From positions 1,674,001 to 1,738,000 of the forward strand of contig OZ038378.1 in assembly GCA_964036045.1 (NCBI GenBank): a stretch of 64,000 nucleotides of DNA, written 5' to 3'. This stretch comes from Eutreptiella sp. 'Long Island Sound 2002' (Eukaryota > Protista > Euglenida). The translations under genes were made by a program, and so were the position numbers. Under the pieces are notes generated by a model, which was given only the letters and a program-made list of their open reading frames with translations, ran no database searches and was not told the origin of the DNA. Shown in pieces: positions 35,156 through 45,800 of the stretch. Positions within the stretch are counted from its first letter, which is position 1; each line of letters begins with the position of its first letter.

Positions 35156-36913
35156 ATGCCTGCAAAGAAAGCAAAGCGAACCACGGAGGAGAAGAAGTTG
35201 TTGGCCGGCCCTTGCTACATCTGTGAGAAGAAGGGCTGCCAAATGGCTTGCCTCCACTGCGGCATAGCATTCCACCCGCATTGTGACATGCACGACCACT
35301 GCCCCAACGCCCCAGCTCAAGACGGTGACGGCGAGCAGGACATGGGTGGGGTGGGCCCGGCGATGCCACCTTGCGACGGCAAATGTGGCAGTATCTACGC
35401 CAACACCGGAGAATGCGGCTGTACGGACGAGATGTGTGCATGCGGGTATAAATTTCAAATCCCGCCCGACGATTTCCAAAGGCAGCAACATTTCAATGGG
35501 AAGGCACATCAGTCTTGGATGACTGCCCCACGTTCAGAGCAACCATCCGTTGCCGCTTTTTTGGAAGTTGGTGCCGTCCCCGCCATACCAGAGGATGACC
35601 CTCTGCCACCACCAAGTGATGTTCCAATTCTTCTTGGGGCGCCACCCATCGCATCTCAGTCCTGCCACACGCCCTGTCATGGCTTTAGGCCCCCTGAGAC
35701 ACCCCCTGAGTATATACCCCTAAACTATCCCATCCAGTTGCATGCCCACAAATATCGGCAGCTGCATGGGCGCAAGATGGATTGGCATTTCCCGTCCGAC
35801 ATGTTGCACTTCAAGTCGTTGTTGTCGGCAGCTCAAGTTGAGAGCTCCAGCGTGGTCATGTGCCATGGACAACTCATGTCCATGCAAGAGTACCCTGGCC
35901 CAAAGCTATATGCTTGGAACGGGAGGTTGATACAGAAAGTACTGAAATTCAAAGGGCAAGATTGCCAGTTCGTCAAGTTGAGGTCCAATGTTGACCATAT
36001 GTGGTACGAACAAGCAGACCGCGTCATTGCTTTGACACAAGAGCAATTGCTCACACCACCCGACAGTGCCCCAACACTTCGGATTGACCCGTACCCCAAC
36101 CTCCCTTTCCTTGATCAGAACGATGAGACATGTTCTGTTAGGGTTGGGAGTGCAGCACCAACCTCAGGGTTGTGTGAAGTGTGTCAGAAGAGTGTACCCC
36201 TGCATTCCATGCGAACACACATTGGTAGGCACGTCCTCCTCGGAGAGTGCGCTCGCGATGTCTGTGGTTATTGTGGTGGCCATGATTGCACCACACAATT
36301 GTTGCGTAATACGCAAGGCAGGCTTGTGTCAGTCATCGTCACAAACTGTCCTTTGGAGCCCACAAATGTGCGGTATGGTGCGATGGCGCGTGGCTCTGCA
36401 CGTAATCCGTGCACCAACCGCCCCATGCAATGCGTGTTGTGCCGAGATACCGTTTGGTTGTATGGCATGGCCCATCATTTTGATTCCAAGCATGCCGGTT
36501 CTGCACCTCCAAGTGCCTTGTGCGTCAAGGCAGAGGAAAAGGAAATGGTGGTGAACTGGTCGGGAAAGAAGAACAACAGCAAGCGGTCTCATCATGAGAT
36601 GGATGCTGAGGATGGAGGGGACGTGGCTGAGGGCCCTCCCCGTGCCAGCACAGCACCAGCCCCGCACCCCAAGAGGATCAAGTCCTCCTCCTCCTCCTCC
36701 TCCTCCTCCTCCTCCTCCTCCTCCTCCTCCTCCTCCTCCTCCTCCTCCTCCTCCTCCTCCTCCTCCGAGGCATCTTCCGGGGCGGAGCGTTCTCGCCCGT
36801 TGCAGAGTGTAGGGAGGAGGAACCAGGTGTTTAGTTGGCAGCCAAAGAAGAGGTCGGCCGCCGCAGCATATGATTCTGATAGCTCATCAAGTGAAGGTGA
36901 GTTATTTAAGTAA
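35156..36913 (+). CDS. Intronless 585-aa Cys/His-rich protein (PHD-like, U1/JAZ-like C2H2, C-terminal multi-Zn domain, poly-Ser tail), element-borne
   Basis: Uninterrupted ORF with CYIC..CLHCGIAFHPHC, HFNGKAH, CEVC..MRTHIGRH..CGYCG..C..C..PCTNRPMQCVLC..WLYGMAHHFDSKH. Confidence 0.75.
   Translation: MPAKKAKRTTEEKKLLAGPCYICEKKGCQMACLHCGIAFHPHCDMHDHCPNAPAQDGDGEQDMGGVGPAMPPCDGKCGSIYANTGECGCTDEMCACGYKFQIPPDDFQRQQHFNGKAHQSWMTAPRSEQPSVAAFLEVGAVPAIPEDDPLPPPSDVPILLGAPPIASQSCHTPCHGFRPPETPPEYIPLNYPIQLHAHKYRQLHGRKMDWHFPSDMLHFKSLLSAAQVESSSVVMCHGQLMSMQEYPGPKLYAWNGRLIQKVLKFKGQDCQFVKLRSNVDHMWYEQADRVIALTQEQLLTPPDSAPTLRIDPYPNLPFLDQNDETCSVRVGSAAPTSGLCEVCQKSVPLHSMRTHIGRHVLLGECARDVCGYCGGHDCTTQLLRNTQGRLVSVIVTNCPLEPTNVRYGAMARGSARNPCTNRPMQCVLCRDTVWLYGMAHHFDSKHAGSAPPSALCVKAEEKEMVVNWSGKKNNSKRSHHEMDAEDGGDVAEGPPRASTAPAPHPKRIKSSSSSSSSSSSSSSSSSSSSSSSSSSSSEASSGAERSRPLQSVGRRNQVFSWQPKKRSAAAAYDSDSSSSEGELFK
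36683..36766. repeat. (TCC)n encoding poly-Ser
   Basis: About 28 units, in frame. Confidence 0.95.
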
Positions 36914-36935
36914 GGGCTTTTTCCTGTGCCCTTAT

Positions 36936-37050
36936 TAGGTCGATACGTAGAAAGTGTTCCAAGGAGCCACTCTTGGTCTTAGGCCCCTCCCTCCTTAGGT
37001 CGATCCGTAGAAAGTGTTCCAAGGAGTCAATCTTGGTCTTAGGCCCTTCT
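36936..37050. repeat. 60-bp tandem duplication just after the ORF stop
   Basis: TAGGTCGAT(A/C)CGTAGAAAGTGTTCCAAGGAG.. at 36936 and 36996. Confidence 0.85.
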
Positions 37051-38663
37051 TTTTCATTCCTCGAGATGTTTGGGGAGAAGGCTGCTGCAAGTGTGGTGTA
37101 AGCGGGGAGGGGTGATGTACCATCATGGCGGTGTGGTCCGAGGCCACCGCCCCGAGTTGCTATGACCACACGTTTGCAGTTGCATTCCAACCCCTATATA
37201 TATGAATATAAATATATATATATATATATATATATCTTTGTATGCATGTATGTATGTCTTGTGGCATGGTGTAACTCTAATCCCATGGCCGCCTCAGGAG
37301 CCCACCCCCCTGAGGTTCCCAGTGTGGCTGGGAATACCCAAGCCGATGATACCCTACCCTCTATTGTGGGAAGGGGCGGTGCGAACTGTCGGATCACACC
37401 TGGGCCGCATACCCAACTGTTCGGAGGTGCCCGACACCCCCCCCCCCCCCACGGGAACCCCGGGAACCGCCCCCCCCCCCCCCCGGGAACCGCCCTCCCC
37501 GGCGCCCCTCCTAGACCCCCCCCTCCAAGCCCCCCCCCCCCCCCCCCAAGGGGCCTCCGGCCGACAGTTAGTTGGGGGGGTAGTTGGCGTCCAGAACCAA
37601 GGGGTCGCCCCCCCCGGGTGTTGTCCATAACAGGCTACTGATCATGCAGTTCCACCTCCATTCCACATGGCGCAACTCCTCGCCAAATGAAAAAATTCCG
37701 CATGCATCTTTAGCAAAATTGGCAGGGAGCCGTGGTTCTCCATGCAGCCAGGGCCCAGCTATTTTTGCATGTCGGCCCTCACTAGAAGCCTAGCTACAGC
37801 TAGCCTCCCCTACCTCCAACTATGAGGGTGCTCATAGTGAGCCAGTGCATTGTTAGCCAACGCCACAAAGGATGGTAGGGGGTTGGGGGTGGTTGTGTAT
37901 TGCTCGTTGTGGTGACCCGCCTGGGTCACCACCCCATGTTATTTGCAGTGAATGCAGAGGCCCCCATCGCAGTTTCAAGGGTGTTGTTTTGTGGCCCTCG
38001 GTACCAAACATGAAATCCCTGCACCAGCACAAGCCATCCAGTGTTGTATCCTCCATGGCGTTGCATGTGAAGCCGCTGGCAGCCGCCGGGTAGCAGTTTC
38101 TTCAATGAAGCCAGCAAGCACAATCTAGTGGACCCCTTGACCAATTTGGTGCAGATGTGAGAGGCACAGCGCCTCCAATAGGGAGCATGCGAGCAGACCT
38201 TCGCAAGTGCCAGAACTAGAGTTTCTGGGCACCTGAGGCCATGCCGTGACCCACTGATGCAGGGGAGGGGGGGCGGGGGGCGGTATGAGTGTTAAAAGGG
38301 GAACGCCGCACGGTGCGTTTCTCGAGGCTCTGCATTTTACAAGTACAATTAAATTTTTCTCAGGTCGTTTCCCGCATTTTTTGTTGGCTGTATCTTGAGC
38401 AGGCAGTTTCTGTTGTTGTCATGTGGGCTTGACCCGTTTCCTCGCATTTTGACATCTTTCTATTTTCTGAGTGGTGTCTGACTTTTGAGGCAAAATTATT
38501 GTTTCAGCAATTTTGAGGAACGCCGCCCGCTCATTTTGTTGAATCTTGGCACATCCAGAAACAATTAAAACTTGGTATCTGCAAAGTGCAAGTGGGAGGG
38601 GGGTACACAAATCAATGTTTCATTTGTTGCAATTAAGTACCCACAATGCCCTGCATAGATAAG

Positions 38664-38934
38664 GGGGGCGTACCGTGCGCTGTGCGAAAAGTTGGCTGTT
38701 CTCCACCACCGGGAGTTCGGTAAGTTCAGAAGATTGAAAGGACGTCATTGAATGGCTGCTGCAGTGGATGGGGCTATAGGGGGCAGAATTTAGGTCCCTG
38801 GGACCCATGGCAAGCATCAGATGTTTGAATTTTTGAGTTTTGAATTAATTGTGCATGATTCCGCAGGTGGGTGGTTTTCAGGGTTGTTACCTGGATAATC
38901 ACCGTAATAATTGGCGCTGTGCGAAAACGCCCCC
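38664..38934. mobile_element. MITE family B, copy 1 (TIR GGGGGCGT, 3-bp TSD AAG)
   Basis: Near-identical to 62672-62975; subterminal direct motif GCGCTGTGCGAAAA at both ends. Confidence 0.85.
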
Positions 38935-39443
38935 AAGTGGAGCACCAGACGTTGGCAGACCGTGTCCTGTGACGACGTTATCAGTCATTTTGCTTTCCTC
39001 GAATTGGCTGCTGGACTTTGCAGAGCGCAGTGCAGGCCGTGAGAATTGCGCCTCCATCCAGGGCCAGCATACATGCGCCCCTTGAGTGCCTCTTCTGCAG
39101 TTGGAAATCACAGCGTTCGCCCGGTCGAATTTTTGAAGTGCAGTCCTGCATTCAGGGGAGGGCAGGCCCCCCTTTCCCCCTCACGGACGGCCCCGGGGGA
39201 GGCAAAAATTCTGCAGCCATCTGTTGCAAGCCCGAAAAAGGTAGTCCTTGCCGGGATGCTGAGAGACCGGGGTTTGGGTGATGTGTTTGCAGAGAGTTTC
39301 CAAACTATTGCCAAATGGTGCGTTCAAGAGGTTCCCGAGGATAGTGGCCTCGGTGCCTCCACAAAACTGAGTTCAAGGCAAATACCGACGTGTGTGTAGG
39401 CGCTGGGTCACCATTTTGCTGTCTGCAGTGACCCACCACCGCA

Positions 39444-39890
39444 ATGAGTTGGAGTGACACCCGTTGTGGTCCGGCCCCCAGCCGCAGCTACTACTCGACC
39501 ATCGAGTTGGGCTCGGCTGCGCAGGACCGTGCCGTCTCCCCAGGGCATCGAGGGGGTCGACGAAGGTTCGTGTTCGCCGTTGTTGTGGGGGCCGTGGTCG
39601 TGATCTGCGTGTGCGTGTTTGGGGGCCGGACGACCGCCAGGCCTGATCCGACGGCGAGCCTGGCCACCCGCCCGCAGGGCATGCAGAGGCCGCGCGCCGT
39701 GTCCGGACGACCCGCGCGCGCGGCGTCCCGGGGCGCGATCGCGGCGGGTGTTGGGGCGGCCGTCGGCGTGGCGAGGCCCGGTGCGGCTTTCGCGCTCCCC
39801 GACTTGGCGGATGTTCAGAGCCAGTGGAACGAGGCCGTCGCCAAGATTCCCGGTGCCGCAGAGCTCCCGGATGTGGCCACGGTGGTCCAG
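39444..39890 (+). CDS. ABC1K1: ABC1K1 exon 1 (signal anchor plus transit peptide)
   Basis: ATG 15 nt after tttgctgtctgcag; hydrophobic FVFAVVVGAVVVICVCVF followed by an R/P/A/S/T-rich stretch; CAG|GTGTGG donor. Confidence 0.8.
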
Positions 39891-42800
39891 GTGTGGGCCC
39901 CCGCATGCGATGTCCTGCACACACCAAATGGCCGCGGGGCAGCGCCGCACTGGGCTGCCGAGGTGCGAGACGTCTGGATCGTCGCGCAAGCATGTCTCTG
40001 CAAACCTCAGTCAATGGATATACCCGGGTGTGGGAAAAGTCGTATGAGCTTTGAGACGCATGGGGGACATTTTGCCTTTAAACCGCGGAAACGCAAGATA
40101 AAACCCTGATATACCCCCACCCACGCACACACCCACCGGGTGGGATTTTGGATGTGCTTGGGGTAACCCCTCTCCATCTTTTTTGGCTGAGAGCTAAAAA
40201 AAAACATGTTGTAGAAGGTACCTAAGTCATTTTTATGGGGTCTTTGGCCTCACCAAGGGCTTGGAAGGGCTTTAGGGGGAGCGTTAGCGCACCGGGCACG
40301 CGCCGGGCGCGCGCTGGGCATCTTTTTTGACCATTACCCGCCCGTACCTGTTTTTGCCCCCACCTCAGCAAACAATTTGGAGTACCTTCTTGCTGTGTCT
40401 AAAAATGTGGCCCATCCTTTGCACCCAGTTTATGACGATGGGTATGGGTGGTGGTTGGAAGTGGTGGGAGTGACATTTTGTGTTGTTGAATTCTCATATT
40501 TCGGCTTATACAAGGTGCCTTGCAGAGAAGGTTTGCGGTCTAGTGCGGTCTACTTGGGGGACTTTCCAAGGTGAGGATAAACTTGGGGCTAGAGATACGA
40601 TACCCCCTCCCCTTTGCCCCCTCACAACCAGCTAAGCCTTTTAGCGGCGAGTAGGCCGCCCTGGTGCCTGACGTGGTACCCCGACCCCACTTCTTCCCCT
40701 AAAGCATACGGTCCCAGTCCAGGTTACTTGGCCAAGGAGTGCCAGCAAACGCAAGGTGACACGGGTGAAAGACAGTTGCATTAGGGTGCCTTTCTCCGTC
40801 TTGTAGCATACAAACACTCTTGTGTTGACAAAACAAGGCCAACAGGTGCAGTCGATTGTATGGTAGCACATATGTATCATACCAATGATCGCATGGAACT
40901 GCCAAACATTGCTGCATATGCATACCAGGACGTGCATGTGTAGAGCGCTTTGAGACCTGCTTGCGCCTTGCACAAGCACGGCCTTGTCTAAGCACGAAGA
41001 CCCCGTGTGACCGTTGTTTTGATGGGGTTTTCTGACCACGGTTTTATGGTCAGAAATTCATTGTTTCGTGGTTGTGCGCTGATTGTACAGGGAAAGAAGG
41101 GCTGGGTCATGTTTGTGATGGTCCTCTTGCTCACAACAACATTCTGATTGGTACTGCAACCCAATGGTAATTGTTTTGCTGTGGTTTTTTGCCATGAAAA
41201 ATGTTGCTATCGCTGGCTTGGGTGTCGCATACATCCGATCCACTGGTGAGCATGCACCTGCCACCATCGTTGGTCCTTCTACGCGTTTGGAAAGGGTTTC
41301 TATTCCGTACCCGTTGATGGGCAGTAAGGACATGAGGACCATGCTGAATGTTGCGTACACGCTGTGTTCTAGTGCCATGTTTGTGAGTGATGTGCTTGGT
41401 GTGGGGTACGGGCAGGTTTTCTGTGTGCAGTGTCTCTTTGTGTTGCGCGTCGCGCGCAAGCACGGGCTTGTCTAAGCACGGGGACCCCGTGTGACCGTTG
41501 TTTTTCTGACCTTGGCCGTGCTTGCGCAAGGGGGGGGGGGTACTTAATGCAAAGGTAGCGCGCCGGGCGCCCGCCGGGCAAACATTCCCCCATAAATTAG
41601 GGTATAACATCACTAGTGACAGGATCCTAACAGAACTACCAAAAAACGCTGAGCCTTGGGTCAAAAACATCATGGCATTGCAGACACCTGATTTCTCACC
41701 AAAACCGTGAAGTGAATAGTAAGACAATTCCCTAAGTAGTCCCATTTCATGTTTTCTAGAACTGGTGTGGCTATTTTCAAGGGAATTTGGCTATTTTCAC
41801 TCTCTTAGTTAGAATCCTACAAGCAGTAATGTTACTCGCCTTTTCTTTTTGCCAATACCCAACCCTACATCACCAAACACTGTCTAGAAGATGGTTTTTT
41901 TTTTTCAACTCCCCACTCCCAAGATGGCTGGCTCAGTTCAGCCGTCCCCAAAAGCTACTTTTTACAGCTTGGAAACACATGCACTTCACTGTCGAACAAG
42001 TGGGTAGGTCTACGAAATCACCCCAGTACATGCAACGCGCGCACACCGCGTATAGTACTCCCTCCAATTTTGGGGGCTTTGTATGCTTTTGTTTGGCAAT
42101 GATATGTTTGTGCCCTCCACCCCCACCCCACCTCCAAAGGTCATTCCTTGGTTCCTTTGTTACTTGGGGAATGCCATGCACGCAGTGCCCACGCAGTGCC
42201 CACGCAGTGCGCACGCAGTGCGAAGTTTTGAATGTCGGCCAATACTCAGACCCTACTTTTGGCCCCTTTGACAAGTTTTTGGTTCCACACTGAGGTTTTT
42301 TTTAGCTTCCTATGCATTTGGGATGTGGCACATTTGAATTTTCACCCTTTGTTGCCCAATGTCAACCATTTTTACCCATTTTCCATCCCCCATATTGAAC
42401 TCTCCCCACTATTGGGACCCCGAGAAGGCAGGGGTGATGTAGCCATACATAGCCCGCGGACCTTGAGGAGTTTGTGGTACGGCCCCCACCACATCACTGA
42501 TCTCGCTCGCCATCAACAAGTGTGTCGCGTCCACGCTCAGAATCACCACCGCCCTCCCCTTCACCCTATTCGCGGTCCCCATCACCCAAGAGACCACGGA
42601 CAACGCATTCCCCGCGCTCCGAGTCAAGGGACACCTCATCCGCTTCCAAGAGTGAAGCCACGGGCACCGAAACACTCGCAGCAAGCGGATTTTACAAGGC
42701 TGAGTGGTTTGTTCATAGGGACAGTGGAGTACCAAGTTGAAGGCAGTTTCGTCATTCTCATGTGGGCTTTGCTGCTTAGCTGTGCAACCAGTTAGGTGAC

Positions 42801-45800
42801 AGGTATTCTTGGGTGAGTATCCCGGCCTGTGCGTGCGTAGTATGCACGCAGTGCCCACGCAGTGCGCACGCAGTGCCCACGCAGTGCGCACGCTGTGCAA
42901 ATACTTGGCCTTGATGCCCACGTGCTGCCCACACTCCGAGGTGGAGATGACGGTGGCAGGCACCCTGTCATCATTTGATCGGGTGTAGGTGACAGTGATG
43001 TCTGCAGAAAGCCATGAAGGAGACATGGGTGAAACTGTAAGGGGACACAGTGCAGTGTGTGCAATGGCAATGGGTGTGGGTGCAGATGTGGCTGTGGATG
43101 CAGGTGTGGATGCAGGTGTGGGTGTGAGTGTGGATGTGGATGTGGGTGCAGATGTGGGTGTGGATGCAGGTGTGGGTGTGAGTATGGGTGTGGGTGTGGG
43201 TGTGGGTGTGGGTGTGGGTGTGGGTGTGGGTGTGGGTGTGGGTGTGGGTGTGGGTGTGGGTGTGGGTGTAGGTATAGGTGTGGGTCTGGGTGTGCATTTA
43301 AGTATGGGCTTGAGTGTGGGTGTGAGTGTGAGTTCAGATGTGGGCGTGGATGCAGGTGTGGTTGTGAGTGTGGGTCTGGGTGTGGGTATGGGTCTGAGTG
43401 TGGGTGTCGGTCTGTGTCTGGGTGTGGGTGTGGGTGCAGATGTGGGTGGCGGATGCGCACATGGGTGTGGGTGTGGATGCGGGTGTGGGTGGGGGTGTAG
43501 GTGCAGGAGCAGGAGCAGGTGTGGGTGTGGTTGTGGATGTCATTTTGAGTTCGAATGTTGGTGTGGGTGTGGGTACGGGGGTGAGTGGAGGTGTGGGTGT
43601 GGGTGTGGGTGTGGGCCTGGTGTGGGTATGGGTGTGGGTGTGGGTGTGGGTGTGGGTGTGGGCCTGGTGTGGTTGTCGGTGTGGGTGTGGATGCTGGTGG
43701 TACCGGCCAAACTTTGAATTTTTGGCAAAATATTTAATTCACAGCCTGGATTCTGGTGATTTCAGTGTGTCCGCAAAAAAAAAATTAACGCAAAAAAATC
43801 AAATAATTATGTATGGCATTCGGGAGCACATTCTTGAAGAAATGTACGCAGATTTAAACGAAATTACTGGGATACATAAACCACTGTGGAGTGTAGTGTC
43901 TTGTGTCAGGGAGGGCAGATTGGTACAATGGTATGTGCGCAGCCTTGAGAAATAAGGTACCTGGGTTCCATCCCAGTTGGACCCAAACTGCTGGCGCTTT
44001 TTTTGGCCATCAGTCCTGTTGTCAAACTGCTGGCAAAAAGACGCAAAAAGAAAAATCTGGCTTGAGCCTGTCCACAAGGTGTGTGTTGTGGGGGGGGGGG
44101 GGAGGGTTTTGCTTGAGCGGAGCGGGAAGGGGGGGAGGGGGGTTAAGGGGGGAGCCCCCGAAGGAACTCTGGGCTATTGCACGTGTGGATAAGAGGCAGT
44201 CAGCACAAAGCGCAGAAAGACAATGGCTCGTCAGTGGACAAGAAGACCATAGGTACCTTTGTGTCACAAACAGTGAGACACGAAGATGCCGGTGGGTTGG
44301 ACAGTGGCGTATGCAAAGCAGTGACAATGCAGCGGCACGTAGCAAACCACCACCATGCAATGGCCACCGGACTTGTCTATCAATGAACCGTTTCACATAC
44401 ACAGGAAAAGCAGGCGCCCCCTCTCCCCGAGGATCAAGCCCCGATTGGATTGGAGTAGATGGGTCCAGCAGGGGTGTGAGCGACGATAGTATCGGAAAAT
44501 CGTACCGGGCAAACCGCGAACTTTTGTAGAACTTGAATTTTTGCGTTTGGAGATCGGAATTAATATTTAGCAAAAAAAAATGTTTTTGTCCAAAAAGACT
44601 GAAAGGATATTTTTTTGTGCGGTTTTTTTGGTAAATAGGCATTTTGCGGCACCCAATTTAACCCTAGCAAAGGCTATATTTAATTGAATTTCTGCGATTT
44701 ATTTGGCCATCAACAGACATGACACCAGTGACCATGCCAGTGTTGAAAGGTGAACCCCAACGGCAATGTCCTTACCCCAGTCAGGAGGTCAGGGAGCTGA
44801 ATGGTTGGAAGGACATCTGATGGACCTTTTGGAGCGGACATGGATCAAACTGGGATTGCAGTCAAGGTCGTGCGAAGGCAGGCGCGGCCGGCGCACAGTG
44901 GCGGGTCCACACCTGACCTTTGGAGGTCCTGCTGGACACCTCCCCCCCTGCCCCCCGCTGTTTGCGCGCCTGGGGAGCTGCGGGGCACTCCACCATGGCA
45001 GAGGGTTTGCGGTCCACACTGAAGATGATTCCCGTGTGGAGCCCCAGAAACGGTGGGCCAACGCAGTGGGTCGTCGTGAGTGGCGTGAGGTCGATGGACG
45101 CTGCCAACTGCCTGAGGAGCAGCAACATGTGAGGGCTTTGCCGCCCCCCCCCCCCCTCCTCCGCAATGAAACGTTGGCAGTGGACAATCAAGGCCGGGGG
45201 GTGGCAGGCGCGGCTGTAGTCTAATGTGGAGTTTGCCCCCTGACCCGATCGCCGCCCCCTCCCTCCCACGCCCTCCCACAGCACCCCACGTTTTCCAGGA
45301 CAAGTGGCACGACGCAGTGGCGCAGGTCCCCGCCCTCCCGACCGATCTCGGTGCACAACTCGCGGCCGCGAAGGCGCAGCTCCCGGAGGCCGCGCAGGGC
45401 CTGGCGGACCGCGTGCCGGCGGATGTCTGGACGCGGGTGCAGGCCGCCGCCGGGGCGCTGCCCGACTACGGCGCGCCGACGTATGTGGGGCTGGGTGTCC
45501 TCGCCCTGACCCTTGCGGTCGTGGTGGCCAGAGGGCGCGGCAAGCCCAAGGGGGCGATGGCCAGCACCGCGGGCCTCCAGGTGCACCACACCGCCTCCCC
45601 TTGCCGGCCTTGCCCCCCCTCCCCCTCTGTGTTTTGGTCTAACTGGACGGTCCCATACTCCCATGTACTGTCTCATTGAGGCTAGAGGTTGTAGCCGACA
45701 AAACACGGCTTACTGAAGGGAACAACACTGTGAGGTGCGACAGCCTGTACATACACCAGAGCTCATGATGAACACTGTCTATACTCAGTGGAACTGCCGA

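Larger units (their letters stand above)
33919..37618. mobile_element. 3.7-kb DNA transposon-like element with ~45-bp TIRs and 8-bp TSD
   Basis: Ends CCCGGGGGGGG..CGAC..GGACGCCAACTACCCCCCC are inverted; TSD TGTTGTCC at 33911-33918 and 37619-37626. Confidence 0.8.

Noticed and set aside
42792-43955. His-Pro, Gly-Val and Cys-Gly repeat ORFs
   Set aside because: Translations of (GGGTGT)n in several frames; no coding signal.
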